From Trichoplax adhaerens (taxonomy: Eukaryota > Animalia > Placozoa), in the NCBI RefSeq assembly GCF_000150275.1, contig NW_002060943.1, forward strand, positions 6,502,299 to 6,566,298: 64,000 nt of DNA. Direction: 5' to 3'. Under the pieces are notes generated by a model, which worked only from the letters and a program-made list of their open reading frames with translations, was not told where the DNA came from and did no database searches. Positions 1 to 13,995 of the stretch are shown here, piece after piece (the first letter of the stretch is position 1; each line of letters opens with the position of its first letter). The position numbers and the translations under genes were made by a program.

Positions 1-425
1 TTCAGTCGTAGAATGGACATAGTATAGTCGATGGTCGACAAACGTTCCTTGGTTACGGTGGTGAAGGAGCAAAGCAATTTGCTGCTAGGCTAGCAGGAAA
101 GAAGAATTTTGTCATCAAGTTGAAATTAGCTTGGCATCCAACGTTTTTAATCGCTTGCAACCCTTGCAATTGTCCCCTAATAGACTACTGTAGCTGCCAG
201 TCGTTCTCAAGACGATAGCAACCCACTTACACTAGTACTATCACTTTATGAACAAGGTGAGAGCAGTCATTTTACAGTCTGGTGCTCATCGACACGTTGT
301 TGCACACTTGCACATATTTTGTAGCAGCAAAATCATTTTACTAGGCAGACTAAAAGCGTGTTGCAATTGGTAACATTCATTCAAGCTCAAAATTGATTGA
401 TTATTAAGCTTCGATCAAGCACATC

Positions 426-3400
426 ATGTCTTCACCGGATAAAAATCAAGGTAAAAATGCCAATCGAAACTTGGTCGATAGTGACCAACTCAATCCGATG
501 AAAGAAGATCGATCGAAACAAAAAGTGGATAAAAATACCAAGATGGCTACTGAAGACAGTAAAAATAAGGCTATGGACAGGCATTCGCGTATGGGTAAAG
601 GGCGTGGAGAGCCGAAGAAAGGTCAGTTATTACCTATATCCATGATGATAGATAATGAGCAATGATATTGTTGTTAAAATAGAGGATGGATAACATTGCA
701 ATCGTGTTCCTATCTGTAAAGCCAGAATCTACATCTCTATACGGTAGAAATAGATGCCTAACTAGCATACAATGTAACATCTTGACGATCGGTTGTTTTA
801 ATCTTGGTCTACAACTATTTCGAATAGACCTACTCAAATCATTTTCCATCGATCAATGACCACTACTGCCTTAATCCATCCAAAATGGCAGAGACATACT
901 TCAACTCGTAAGGAAATGATCTCTAGACTGCTTAACTGCCATATTTTATCTTCTATACTACCTAATAATAACAGTATAAAATCGACGGCTATTACAGTCT
1001 ATGCCACAGCACAACCATCGCGAATTTGTCCCAGAAAGAGACTGTTTCAAATAGATTCTTAATTCATCCAAATCCCTATCCAATATTGCAAAGAAAATGA
1101 TCAATGCGTCTCAATCACAATTGTTCATTACATCGAATCAATAATACTAATCGAGCGATTTCGCTCGTTCCTATATGCCATAACAACAGTGTTATTGACA
1201 CAAGCTCTGCCAGTAAGAAAGGCCAGAACAAAATAATCAATGGCGTTCCTACGCTAGGAATGGAAAGCTCATTCCCTTTAAAAGAGGCTCCGACTTAATT
1301 AGTGGTGATTGTGATTACACCCCAATAATTGACTGTAGTTGTCCATTACACCTAATCGACAATACTAAGCTAACGATATCGTTAGTTCTGACAACAGCAC
1401 AGCCAGTAAGAAAGGCTAAGAACAAAAAAATCAACGGTATTCCCTGTGTTAGGAAAGGAAAGCTCATTCCCTATAAAAGGCTCCAACTTGAATGGTGATG
1501 GTTGTAAATACATCCCAATAATTGACTGTAGTTGTCCATTACACCTAATCAACCATTACTATGCTAACGATATCGCTAGTTCCCCATAGGCCATGACAAC
1601 AGCATTATGGACAAGAGCCAGGCCAGTAAGAAAGACCAAAAACAAAAAAAAATCAACGGTATACCTGTGGTAGGAAAGGAAAGCTCATTCCCTATAAAAG
1701 AGTCTCCAACTTGAATGGTGATGGTTGTTAATACATCCCAATAATTATATATAATTGACTGTAGTTGTCCATTACACCTAATCAACAATACTAAGCTAAC
1801 GATATCGCTAGTTCCCCCTAGGCCATGACAACATCATTATTAACACGAGCAAAGTCGGTAAGAAAGGCCAAAAACAAAAAAAATCAACGGTGAAGAGCAA
1901 GATAGATATCCTGCTAGCTTCCCAATTCGCACTTGATTGCAGTATAAAGCTGACCGATTTTTACGTTTGCAGCACTGTTCAAAGGCCCATATTTTACTGG
2001 TCAGTTTTTATTTACAATTTGTACTAGTCAATATCCACCGCTGCTTGACAAGTAGTAATAATAAATAAATTGAAATACCTAAACTGAGAACATCGATCAA
2101 GTCAATCTATCTTTTTTAACGCCAATATCAAACACCTTGTCCCATTTTCCTATATGTCAAGCTTAAAAGTAAGAAATGCAATCGAATCAACGAATGCATG
2201 GCTTATCAAGGAGCCGAATTGATCCGGCTCCAATTATGACTATAGCATGTTAAGTCTACATCTCACTGTGCTCTTGCTGCACTTCATTTTTGACCGCATT
2301 GCATCGTAGTAAATAATCCATAATTGTATATCGTGCGTTTAAAACGAATATTCTACACCCTTTAGTAGAATAACGACGGTGCTGCAATCTGCAAGCGTTG
2401 CATTGTAATATAGCTCATCGATTTTAACGTCTTGTACAATCGATGATCATATCACACAAAATGAGCAGTTAACGAAGGAGTCAATCTTACCTGTTTTACA
2501 CGCCAACCTAACATGTACTGTAAGCACTCATGCAGCCTCTTATAAAACCCAAATCGTGGCACAAATTAATTAATTATATATTGTACAAGTGTATGTATGC
2601 AATGGATTTTGTTATAAATTAGAGTCTATACAGTTACAGTGTACAAGCATAGCGACGATATGACTCTGATACTAATGTAGATGAGAGATACGGATTGTGT
2701 AGGCCAGCTAGATGAAATGAAATACATCAACGTTTTTATAATAGTTCTAGTTATAAATAAAGAGAACTCATCTCGTACACGTTGAAATTAACCTATGAAA
2801 TAGGGCTAATCTGCCTTCCAGTTTACCTTTACTTTATTCGATATGAATCTTATAATGTAACACTATTATGGGTAGTCTTAGAACTAATGTACGCATATTT
2901 ATGCAGTCTATGCAGTTAAAGGTAATTTTGTGGTAATCTGTTGCTATACCTATACACTATGGCACTAGAACATGCGTTTGTACTATTTTACGATATTATG
3001 ATAGGTGGTGGTGGTGGTAAAGGGACCTGGGGCAAAGCTGGTGAAGTTTACGAAGATGGCGATGGAGCGTTAGATGAAAATGATGTAAGTTATCCTTCTG
3101 GTGATGAAGTAAAATTATTCCAAAATGTTACGTATCTATTTAGTACCAGTTTTATTATTACAGTATGCATTGACAGCGTAAACTTTGAAAGGCTCTTTGG
3201 AATTTTGCCTTGCTATAGAAAAAGAATTTTTAACATAACGCATTAATTATTAATTTTAAGGATTAGAAGTAGGCTAGCCGTAACTTATTCCATTTTTTGT
3301 CTAGGAATAAGTCTCATGACTTTCAACGTGCGTACTTAGGCCAGATATTATTAAGAAAATAAAAGAATATACGGAATATCTGTTTACAACAGCAAATAGT

Positions 3401-4213
3401 TATTCTTAAAGTATCCTTGATTTTATTTTTGGAGTGTTATTGCTACCATGAATGGTGGTATCATAAAGATTCAGTACCTAGAGAGATCTTAAATCATAGA
3501 ATACCGATCGTGATTTAAAATGGTATTCAACAAATGGAAGTAAAATTATATTCATGATGTGCTTATCTTGACCATATTAATTAGTTGACTGCTAGCTACC
3601 TGTTATGTCTTGTCTTGTTAAAAGGAATGATTATAACGTATATTAGATTAATATATTAATACCCGTATATACTATAATGACCCAAGATGAAATATTATAA
3701 AGGATCTGGCGTATGATACAATTCAATGAACTTGTGCTGTATTGACTATGTCAACTGTGATGGTGATAGCAATTAAAATTTATAATTCTGATTTAGTGCA
3801 GTGCTGAATTGATTGATAATTAAAGTTGTGAAATCATAAACCAACAACGCTATAACAATTTATTATGCTTTACGGATCAATTATACCCAAATCCATTGAT
3901 CTTATCAATATTTTTCATTCGCCCATTTAAACTGTTTAGGTTTGTATCGCCATACCATTATTATTAGCAAGACTATCAGTAAATTTACTGTAGGCAAGCT
4001 ATAGGCGCAAGAAAGATCATCGTATTCTTATACTGTTGTATTTACACATAAATGTCAGCATCAAACCATCCATAACCTACTGAATGACTTTTCTAAGAAT
4101 AAAACTAGCGGAGGGCGTTATTTTATTGTATGCCTTATGAAATGTCCACTTTTCCTCCAATCAATTAATAGGAAGAAAATGAAAGGTGTATATCTGCAAC
4201 GATTAAACTATAA
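426..4213 (+). CDS. PDCD4: PDCD4-like protein, N-terminal region only (predicted ~113 aa, 3 coding exons: 426-621, 3005-3108, 4172-4213); no MA3 domains found
   Basis: Exon 1 ends ...DRHSRMGKGRGEPKKG with a phase-1 GTCAGT donor at 622. It splices to the ATAG acceptor at 3004, giving GGGKGTWGKAGEVYEDGDGALDENDVSYPSGDE. The joined motif matches the PDCD4 signature DRRSRSGKGRGLPKKGGAGGKGVWG. A pyrimidine-preceded acceptor at 4171 gives EENERCISATIKL*, resembling PDCD4 ENCVYETVVL. An alternative in-frame donor (GTAAGT) lies at 3085. Exon 3 is the least certain part. Confidence 0.72.
1180..1890. repeat. Tandem repeat of ~195-235 bp units (3 full + 1 partial) in the first coding intron of the PDCD4-like gene
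   Basis: gccagtaagaaag..aacaaaa..atcaa..ggaaagctcattccc..ataattgactgtagttgtccattacacctaatc..gctaacgatatcg recurs at about 1209, 1402, 1622 and partially at 1855. Confidence 0.9.
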
Positions 4214-6642
4214 TTATATACTATTAACTAAGCAGATTCATGTGGAAAATTTTATTAATTTCGATCATCATCTCTAAACCAGCAAGAATTTTACCTGTAT
4301 ACCTAGAGGGTAAGATCTGTCAATTCTGCATCTAGTTTTGTAATTGTAAGTACTAGACTTGTCAGTAAAAATACGATCGATATTTATCGCTAAGCAGTTA
4401 AGGTGTCTCGTTGAACATTTTATTGCACGCCAATATACTGTAGTAACAGTTAAAAAATAATTACATATCGCCTCGACTAAATGGAGAATCCATTATTAAC
4501 GCTTTATTCAATGCAAAGTTGGATAATTTAGTTTATTGTTACCTTCGTGTTACTTAAGTAAAATTTAATATTACACCTGCTCTCATCCCTAAAACCATGT
4601 GATTACCATGATTATATTATATTTAGCCTTTAAAGCGTGTCAGCTAGATGCTTTAGAAAGAAATTGGGCGTCAAAATCAAATTAATTTTAACAAGTAGAG
4701 AGAACAAATAACGTGACTCAGTAGAAAAATTTCATATTTATGCCAAAATCATTTAATGAATAGTGATATCATTTATCACTTTATTATATAATTTGTATCT
4801 ATCTACGATTTCATTAATACTCCTAAAACAATAAAAAGCAATAATATCAAGATAAGTATAGATTGATTTACAGGAGTAATTTTATACGTTTAAATATATT
4901 GTACAATTAATTAATCAGTCACGTACAAATATCACTTTGAGATAAGATTGAAGAAATAAATTCTCTTTGCTTGTGTGTCTTCATTTGAGTAATTCTACAC
5001 AATCATTTGTTTTTATCATTTTACACAGCTCAGCTATTATTTTATATATTAACATAGAAAGATATTTATATACTTTAAATACAGTTGATGAGTAAACGCA
5101 AAATAGAATTAAGAGAAAACAATATAACGTCAATAAAAGAAAATCTGAATCATCGCTGTCACAAATTTATCATTGCTCATGTCTCCTGCGCCTATAAATT
5201 ACCTTGTTGATCGCAATTGATTTTATTAATAATTAAATCCATGGATAATCATCCCCAAAACAGTTTATTAAATCATGAAAATTTTCCAATTTATTTCAGA
5301 GAGTAAGTTTTAACGACTTTGTATAATTTTATATAGTAACTGACAGTAATTAATCGATGATAAACAGTCAAATGATTCAGTTAATTTCTATTTAATGTAT
5401 ATTTCATAATATTGTCTCTATACGCTAGTACTTACAATAAAACAACTACACTATCACCTTGAACAACTACAGCTAATAAAATATCTTAACTGCTTTGTTA
5501 TAATATAAACTTTAAACTGTATGCGTGTATCTCGTCAGAAAGATTGATTATAAGCTACATTTAAGTTTGTAGTTAATGATATGCCTGTATGAAGTAATAA
5601 ATCGCTTGCTTGATTAGTGAATAAATTGCATTCACATCTATGAAAGTAGAGGAAGTAGCAATACGTAATTTCAAGGCTTAAGTAAGATTTTAATGAGAAA
5701 TTTTATAACAATATCATTATATTTCAGTATATAACATAATCAACATCAACAAAGGACTGCTATTACGTATTTAATAGTTGATAGAAGTAGCTATAAATCA
5801 GAATTGATAGTCTTTGCCTAGTGATTTACTAATTAATGAATTTATTGATTTGATACATTATCTGATTTTGTATCTATTCTGAAATGGATTATAACTTTAG
5901 TTTTATAATCGATACAATTTACGTTTTAAACAGTACGCACCACTTTAAATATGTCTGAAAATATTCTAATTGCCTTCTCTTGATATATTCAATCCTAGCT
6001 TAATGTTCAACATAACATTAAAATTCATCTATGTTCATCAGATCAGGAAGGGTAGCAAAATATCAGGTCCAATATATTCAATAGTACGATATCATTTAGC
6101 CACTTTCTTATTAACTTTCAAATTAAGAGTGATTCGTCATTTAACAATAACGCGCACTTTAATATCGTGACAAAAAAAATTTTAAAATAATAAATTGACA
6201 TATCTTATTGTTACTAAACCAGGAGCGTAATAAATTGATGTACATCTCTTAATCATACTATATTCTTTTATTTTAATAAATAATAATTGCTATCAATGAT
6301 GCTTAAAGCTCCATTCCCATTGCTTTGATGGCCTGTGTTCGTTTAAAAAGACTATAGATAGAAAAAATAACTAAAAACAAATAAACTGGAACGTAATGCA
6401 CGAATTAAATATACTGCATCTGTGTTATTAATATGACAATGAAAAACTAAACTTTTCACAGTTAAAATAAAAGATTTGCATCTTGTTAGCTGAAAGTTAA
6501 AAATTGCTTCACTATTAAATGTGTTTTATTTCCTGATTTGAAGAAGAGTTTAATTTTAAATTACGCAATAACACATGCATAATTATTATTTTGGGATAAT
6601 ATTATTATAAATGATTAGAAGTTATCGATTAATTATAAGCTC

Positions 6643-6682
6643 TCAGGCCAAAAGTATTTATACTTTTATACTTTTGGCCTGA
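6643..6682. repeat. Perfect 15-bp inverted repeat with 10-nt spacer
   Basis: tcaggccaaaagtat (6643-6657) and atacttttggcctga (6668-6682). Confidence 0.85.
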
Positions 6683-8814
6683 ATAATTCATTTACACTGA
6701 CAAGGCCTGCTTTTAGTTTTTGTGGAGTTGATTGATGCTAATATTTATTGCTAATTAGCTACGTTCAATTTAATTTGAAATTGATAACAGAAGATACTAA
6801 TCTTTCAATTATTAATATATAAATACCTTTAGATGATTAAATTCAAGTCAAGATTGCTACTTGTGAACATACTAAATAATATTAACGCTAATAGTTACTG
6901 CTACATAAGCAAACTAATAATGACAATTGTAAAGAGACACTGTATAGCTAGTGATTATCATTCATAGAAGCCAATCACATCTGGTTATTAATTATAAATT
7001 ATCAAATCTCAGCTCGTCCTATCCAACTTAACATTTATTTCACATTGTGGAAATTAAAAGTAAAGGGTAGTAATTAGTTCCATCATCGTTCATCATATAA
7101 AAAAAAACAATAACCGTATATAACTAGTGATTATAGTTGGCACTAGAATCCAATCATATTCAATTATGAGACCTCAGTTGGTCATGTTAAAATTGAGATT
7201 CATTTCATTTAGTAAATCATACATTTAATAATAAGCTAAGTTCATTACCGCTATCTACGAATATATTACTAACCGCTAATCATCAATCTAAAATAAAAGA
7301 ATAACCATGCACTATAGTATTCAGTACAGTTAGTCATTATTATCCAATAGCACCTAATAATGTTCAGTTGGGCGATCTGAATTATAAAGTTATTGTGTGA
7401 GACCTTTAGGTGATTTACCTGCTATCCTAGAGTTAGTATAACTGTTGCAATAATAAGTACATGGCAATAAATCCAATTAGCTAGACAAAAAGTCATTTTC
7501 AATCTTTTACCATTCCAAACATATAAAAAATTACAGTTCTAATCTAGTAAGGTATTCCGTATAAAAATAATAATCATCAATATAGAACATTCCCCAGCGT
7601 ATAGAAATGTCAATACTTTACAATTAAAGGTAATAACAAATAATTAATATCATAGCCATCATACGTAAAAGGATTTACCAATTTAATGACAGCTGACAAG
7701 CACGAAATATTTTCACAAATAACAAGATAAGATGTCAATATCTGTTGGCTAATTTTGTGTATCGTTATGTTTACAACTTAAAAACAGTGGTTACTAACTA
7801 TTTGCTTAACATAGCCCAATTAATTATTATCCGACATCATAATAATTAGTGTGAATGGAAGCAGTAGATTCATTTTAAGTAGAATTACAGTAAAATTGCC
7901 ACGGTTACCGAACATCAATACAAATATTTTTTCAGATTAACAAATTTTACAAACACGCTAATTAGAGTAATGCAAACTTTGTTTACGACCTTAATAAAGG
8001 TGGGTTTAGGATAATTTTACTACCAAAAAACTCACTTAAAATGATTTTTCAAAATTTTCGTCTACGTAGACACTATTCGTTGCGATATGTTAAGGTACAT
8101 ATTCGTCTATATGTCGATCGAATATTGCCAAAATTGCTTATAATTTATAAATGTTTCTTTCTGACGTTTATTCTATTGAAAATGGTAATAAACTAGCGAT
8201 GCATATTTCAGCTATACACACACTAACAGATATATATTAATTCATACCAGAAGCCGTACCCTCAATCAAAGTAATTTTTCAATTGTAAATATATAAAGCA
8301 AAATTATTGATTATAGATAATAAATTCAAACAAAGCCAATGCAAATAAGGACCATTACTTTTAAATTTTTGGATGCAATATATAAAAATTCATAGGCATT
8401 CTTATTTTCTTTACATTATCTTACTACTATAAACATAGTTTTTTAAGTAAATTAAGTACTGCATATACGCCTATAAATCAAAATTGTAGTATAGATTACA
8501 CAGTACAGGACTTACTTCTGTTAGGTACTTTATTATATAATTAATAAAGGGATAAAAGTAATATAGCTTAAGGCAGCTACTTTTACATTATGTTGATAAA
8601 GCTGACTCTATGATTGAATATCTTTAACCATTTTAAGAATAATGAAAAAATAGTTAATAATAATTTCTCAAATATAGGCAAGTTAGTTTACTAAAGACAA
8701 ATAAAATACCGGCTTGCTTTACAATTTCTCTATTCAATACTTCGACATGATTACATGAAAGGTGCAGATTAGTCTGCATTTCCTTTTAATAAATTTTTAT
8801 AATTATTTTATGTG

Positions 8815-9125
8815 ATTCAATGCTTTAATCACTCTCACAATAATGGAAGATGTTACACTTCATTATAAACATTTTTATTAACTGCCATACACAATAATTC
8901 ATCGCAGCTATTTACTTTTGCATAATTTCCATCCATATTCTCTATAATTCAAAATTCTAATTATTTTCGCTATAATGAAGGATGTTACACTTTATTTTAA
9001 TCATTCCTAGTTATTATATTCAATGTTTTAATCATTTCGAAAATAGTAGAGGAAGTAGACTTTATTTTAAACATTTCTATTTTACAATGGTACAATAATG
9101 ACTCATCATAGCAGTTTACTCTTAG
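8815..9125. repeat. Degenerate local duplication
   Basis: attcaatg.tttaatca and gatgttacacttt.att.taaacatt motifs recur at ~8815-8880, ~8975-9000 and ~9018-9080. Confidence 0.55.
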
Positions 9126-12100
9126 CCTTTATCCGGTTAAAATTAAATTCATTAACAATAAATATTTAATTGACATCTTTGAGAGTCTATTAAGCTGATT
9201 AGTTAGCTTAATCATGAAGCGATTCATGCTTTTGAGCAATTTTAATTACATAAGACTATCAAATTTGGAAAGAGCGATAAAATGTCAAAAAATATTTGCA
9301 TACCTGTATGGTAATGAAAAATAGAAAGTGTAATAAACAAATCGATTGGTTATTCAATGTTAATTATGGTATTAATACAATACTGCATTGATTTATAGCA
9401 AGAAAATCATCATATAATTTATCATGTATGGTAAGCTTCTTCGATAGAGCTACCTTACTTTCATCTTCGTTGTAATTGCTGGTAGGAAAAATAGAAAAGA
9501 CTGAACATGCTTTAACTTTGCTGCACTTAATATTGCACTAGGCGCAATTATACGGTAGTATAATATTCAGTAGATCTGCTGACTATTGAGGAATATCATA
9601 TGTTGGAGAATATGATTATCTTTTCCATAAAGATCATTTTAATCAAATAAGTAGTAGCTCCTTTCCTTTTATACACGTATAATGCTCTAATTTAAGCCAG
9701 TCAGTGTAGCTACAGCTATCAAATCAATAGCTAAACTTGATCACAAATAATCTAGTGACCGTCGTAACTTACAATAGGTGCCAGCTATTTCTTAGCTTGT
9801 TTTTGCTAGTAACTTTAGGAGAACTCATTGTAGAAATAGCATTGATGATTTTAATTTTCTTCATTGAATATCAATCATCATAATTCACTTTCATACTTAG
9901 AGAGGATATTTATATTTATTTATGGCTATCTTAGCCTTTATATTGCTGCAAATAGCAGTATGGCCATTTATTTTACAGATATAGACGAAGAATACGTATT
10001 TCTACGAAGTTAAGATGTTTAACCCTTTTATAAATTAGACAGGATGATTAATCTAAATTTCTCGGATCACAGTAATATACTGTAATAAGCTAATTTCACG
10101 ATGATGATATGAATAATCAGTCTATTATTTTCCTAAGCTTTCTTATACATTAGACTCCTTTGATAAATTTCTTTTTGCTTAAGTAGAGTCCTGGTGACAT
10201 TTTGATCATAAGAACGATGTTAGTCAGCCTAATAGTAATTTATTTTCGTAGATAAAGTATTAATATTCAGTAATTAGCCTTGATCATAATGTTAATACAA
10301 CTACATTTCAGAACATTAGAGAGATGATCCGAATTAAACATTCTTAGAGGAGACTCTAAGGGGAATTAAAAATTTTTCCTGATTCACTTTGTTTCGAGAA
10401 CCTTCTGAAGTTAATGATAATTATACTACCACTTTATTCGTAATTATTTGCGAAATCGCAAAGAATTAAGTATCTAGACCTTAACAACAAACTATCCAGT
10501 TTTATGATTATTTTGTCTAGGAAAATATTAACTTTTTCATACTGTTGACGATAATTCTAACAAAGTATATACTAATTGACATCATGTGGGATTGCGTAAT
10601 CTAATTGCACCAATAGTTTTGAAAATTGTTTATTTACGAAGATTTACAGGGTTGTGATTCTTTATTTATATTACATTAACCAATAATAATTCCTTCCCGT
10701 GGCTATTCATGATGAATTCTCGGCGACCACATAGTGATTAATTCATTAATTCAAGCTAATACGATTTATCATACAATATACTCATTTTATTCAAGTATAG
10801 TAGAGTTTTTTAAGCTTATCATCCAATCCATCTTCTACGCCTTTTAATTAGACGTCACGACGTAAAAATTTAATCGACTGTATGAGATGCCGATGAGGTA
10901 GGAAATAGGTGTAGCTTAGCTCATTAAGACATAAATAGATGTAAAAAATATTGTTGAATTGTTAATCATCTTCTCATTAATGAATTACTGACCATTCATG
11001 ATGCTATAAGACAGCCATTTTAATTAAAAACTGCCTCATTATCCATATATAGTGGCTTGATTAAACATTCAATCGGATATGATTATTAGAAAAGGCAGCA
11101 TTCAAGATTTTATGTTCATTTAAGGGCCTTTTTACAACTGTTAGGCAGATAAGCAAGACTGAAATCATTTCCATTATATTTGAATTATACCAGTCTCCAA
11201 GGATCATTATTTAAAAATTGCACTTGTATTAGCATGAAGAAAGTACTATAATTATTTGCTAAATTGTAAGTACAGCACTATAGAACGTTGGATGAGTCAG
11301 CAATGAAACTTTGCATATTTACCTTTAGATATATGTAGTAGATGTTAAGACAAATTCTAATTCGATTCTCATCTTAATTTCCTCACTCTCTATATCTCCA
11401 CAGTACAGTATTCAAACGAACCTACGAGCATATATTATATTTTCGCTTTGCTCACTTTTTTTATTATACGTAATTTAATGATGGACCATCAAGATGAAAT
11501 TCATTTACTATTATCTGTTGTAGGCGTTGAACATTTCGGGCACCATATCAAGGCTTCAAGACTCCCATTAAGTAAGTTTTACTGAGATTGTAAAGTATCT
11601 TTTGAAATGAGCTATTTAGCAAATATGACAATTATAGAATAAATGACTATCGCTAGGCACCAAGAAAACTCAAAAATTCAACTTAGCAATAAGAATCACG
11701 TTAGAATTTGAACAGAATACTTAATTCAGAAGGAGCATTACTGCGACAGTTCCAAAAAAGGTAAGTCAAAGATAAATCTTTAGCCTTAATTTAGAACAAT
11801 TTTTTGGTATCCATTTTCATTTTATAAGTACCCAATAGCCGTCTAGCTAAAGATGACTAATAATGAAAAATGCTTAATCTTTAATTCGAAAGAAATCATA
11901 GCTGCATTTCTTAGTATTAATATAGTTTTCATTCAGTAGACAGCCTCAAAATTTTGGCTGTTTCCTCTTTATAATTATCCTAGTCATCTGCTTATGCTCA
12001 AACCTCTTAAATCGCTTACATTAAATCTGCACTGTACTCGATATGAGTAATTAAACTATTTAGACCGATTGAATCTTCATAAGAGATAGAGTAGTGCATC

Positions 12101-13269
12101 AAATTGAAATACTTTCTTCACAAACTAATCACGATTATTTCTATTTATTTTTTGAGTCTGATTTAATTTGAAGTATATGAGGATGGTAAATTACAATAAG
12201 AAATTTCTTCGAGTCTATTCGATCTCGTCTTCGACTAATAGCTTAAATCAAAATTTGTATTCCATTCAAATTTATTCCTTACTCGACCTGGATAGTATGA
12301 GTCTCCAGTGTTTTGTGACTGCTTTAATTTATTGCAACAATACTAATGAAGGGATCTTTCTACTCTAATTGAAGAATAAATGAAAATAATTTTCAGCAAC
12401 CAGCTTTGACTATACTGTAGCAACCTACGATGTTCACTAGCAAACTAAAATTTTATGCTGAAATTTATATAAATGATATTCGTTTTTAATCGTGCTTTAT
12501 TTACTATAGCTAGTACTTCTATGAATCTTATTCCCAATCAAAATGGTGTGGTAGTTCATTACTTTGTAGCTATCGTCAACAGTATTAATTAAGGCTTTTT
12601 AGCATCCAATTTTCCTTAAAATCCGTTGTAAAGTAGTAGAACAGAATAAATTAAATACTCTTAATATAGAAGCAGGACAAGATACTTCAGACGTATTCTT
12701 TCGAAATTATTTCAATGATGCGAACAATTGAAATTAATTCGTCAAATTTTGTCATTCTCACAGCTGATTACTATTCATAGTAGTATCTATTACTTTCGGA
12801 TATAATTAATAAAAAAATAACTCAATGCTCTCTGGTATTAAAGGAAACATTATTCTAAACTTACATTTACTCTGACGTGGCTCCTACTGCTACAAATGAG
12901 GAAATAAACTGACTAGAGACTCTATAGTTGCGCAAGAAAGTAATCATAAGGCTAGGGATTGACATCACAACAACATATAATGTACACTGGTACCCGATAT
13001 ATTTGGTACTTTATTCACTTTTCCACAAATGCTCTTCACTATCTATACCTAGAACGTGTGTATTCTTTGCTATTATAACGATAGGATGACAAGATAGACT
13101 GATTCGACACGCTATAATTGCTTGTATTGATGGTAACAGCAATATAACGAGTAGATTGATATCATAACCTATCTTTTATCTTGATATTGAATACTTTCTT
13201 TATGGCATATACTGGCAGTGCATACATTTTTTTCACTTTTATAGCGATAAGAGGAAGAAGAACATAGAA

Positions 13270-13995
13270 AGAAGCACTCATAATGCAGAGATATCACATT
13301 AACGATTACTACGTATATGCTTTTTAACTGCTTTCGACTTTTCGTCATAAATGCGGATATATACCACGATAACACTTCTCAATCTACCTTTATTATTAAC
13401 ATGAAGGAATGTAATCAGTGAAAAAAACACCAATTTACTGCAAATAAATTTAAATCTAATTTGAAGTATGGAAAGCAATATTTATGCTTAATCTCAAAGC
13501 TATAACACCACACTATCTACTTAAATTTTTCAACTTCTGGATCCATATCGATTGCTACGTAGATACTTTTTAACTCCTTCATGAAGCTTTTCATCATAAG
13601 TGGGATATATGCCACGATAATACTTCTCTATTTGCTATTATTATTAAAATAATGCGATGAAGTGAATGAAATAGATATTAATTTACTATAAGTAAATTAT
13701 AATTGTCTATTTTGACATATGCGAAGCAATACTTACGCTCAATCTTAGAGCCATAGCACCACATTAGTTACTTAAATCTTTAAACTTCTCTTTTAATAAT
13801 TGCTACATACGCGTATATATACCCTTTAAACTTCTTCATATGGCTCTTCATCTTAAGCGCGGATATATACTACGATAATATTTCTCCATGCTGTTATTAT
13901 TAAATAAGGGAATGGATTCAATGAAATAGATATTAATTTACAGCTAATAAATTATGATTGCTTACTTTGACATATAGATAACAATAGTTGCGATC
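13270..13995. repeat. Degenerate tandem repeat, three ~250 bp units
   Basis: g(c)ggatatat..cacgataa..cttctc at ~13353, 13601, 13859; gcaata.ttacgctcaatc variants at ~13476, 13726, 13981. Confidence 0.8.

Noticed and set aside
426-3108. Calling the first gene SERBP1/HABP4
   Set aside because: GKGRGxPKKGG and the downstream G-x-V-Y...D fit PDCD4 better; no HABP4 C-terminal region or RGG boxes seen
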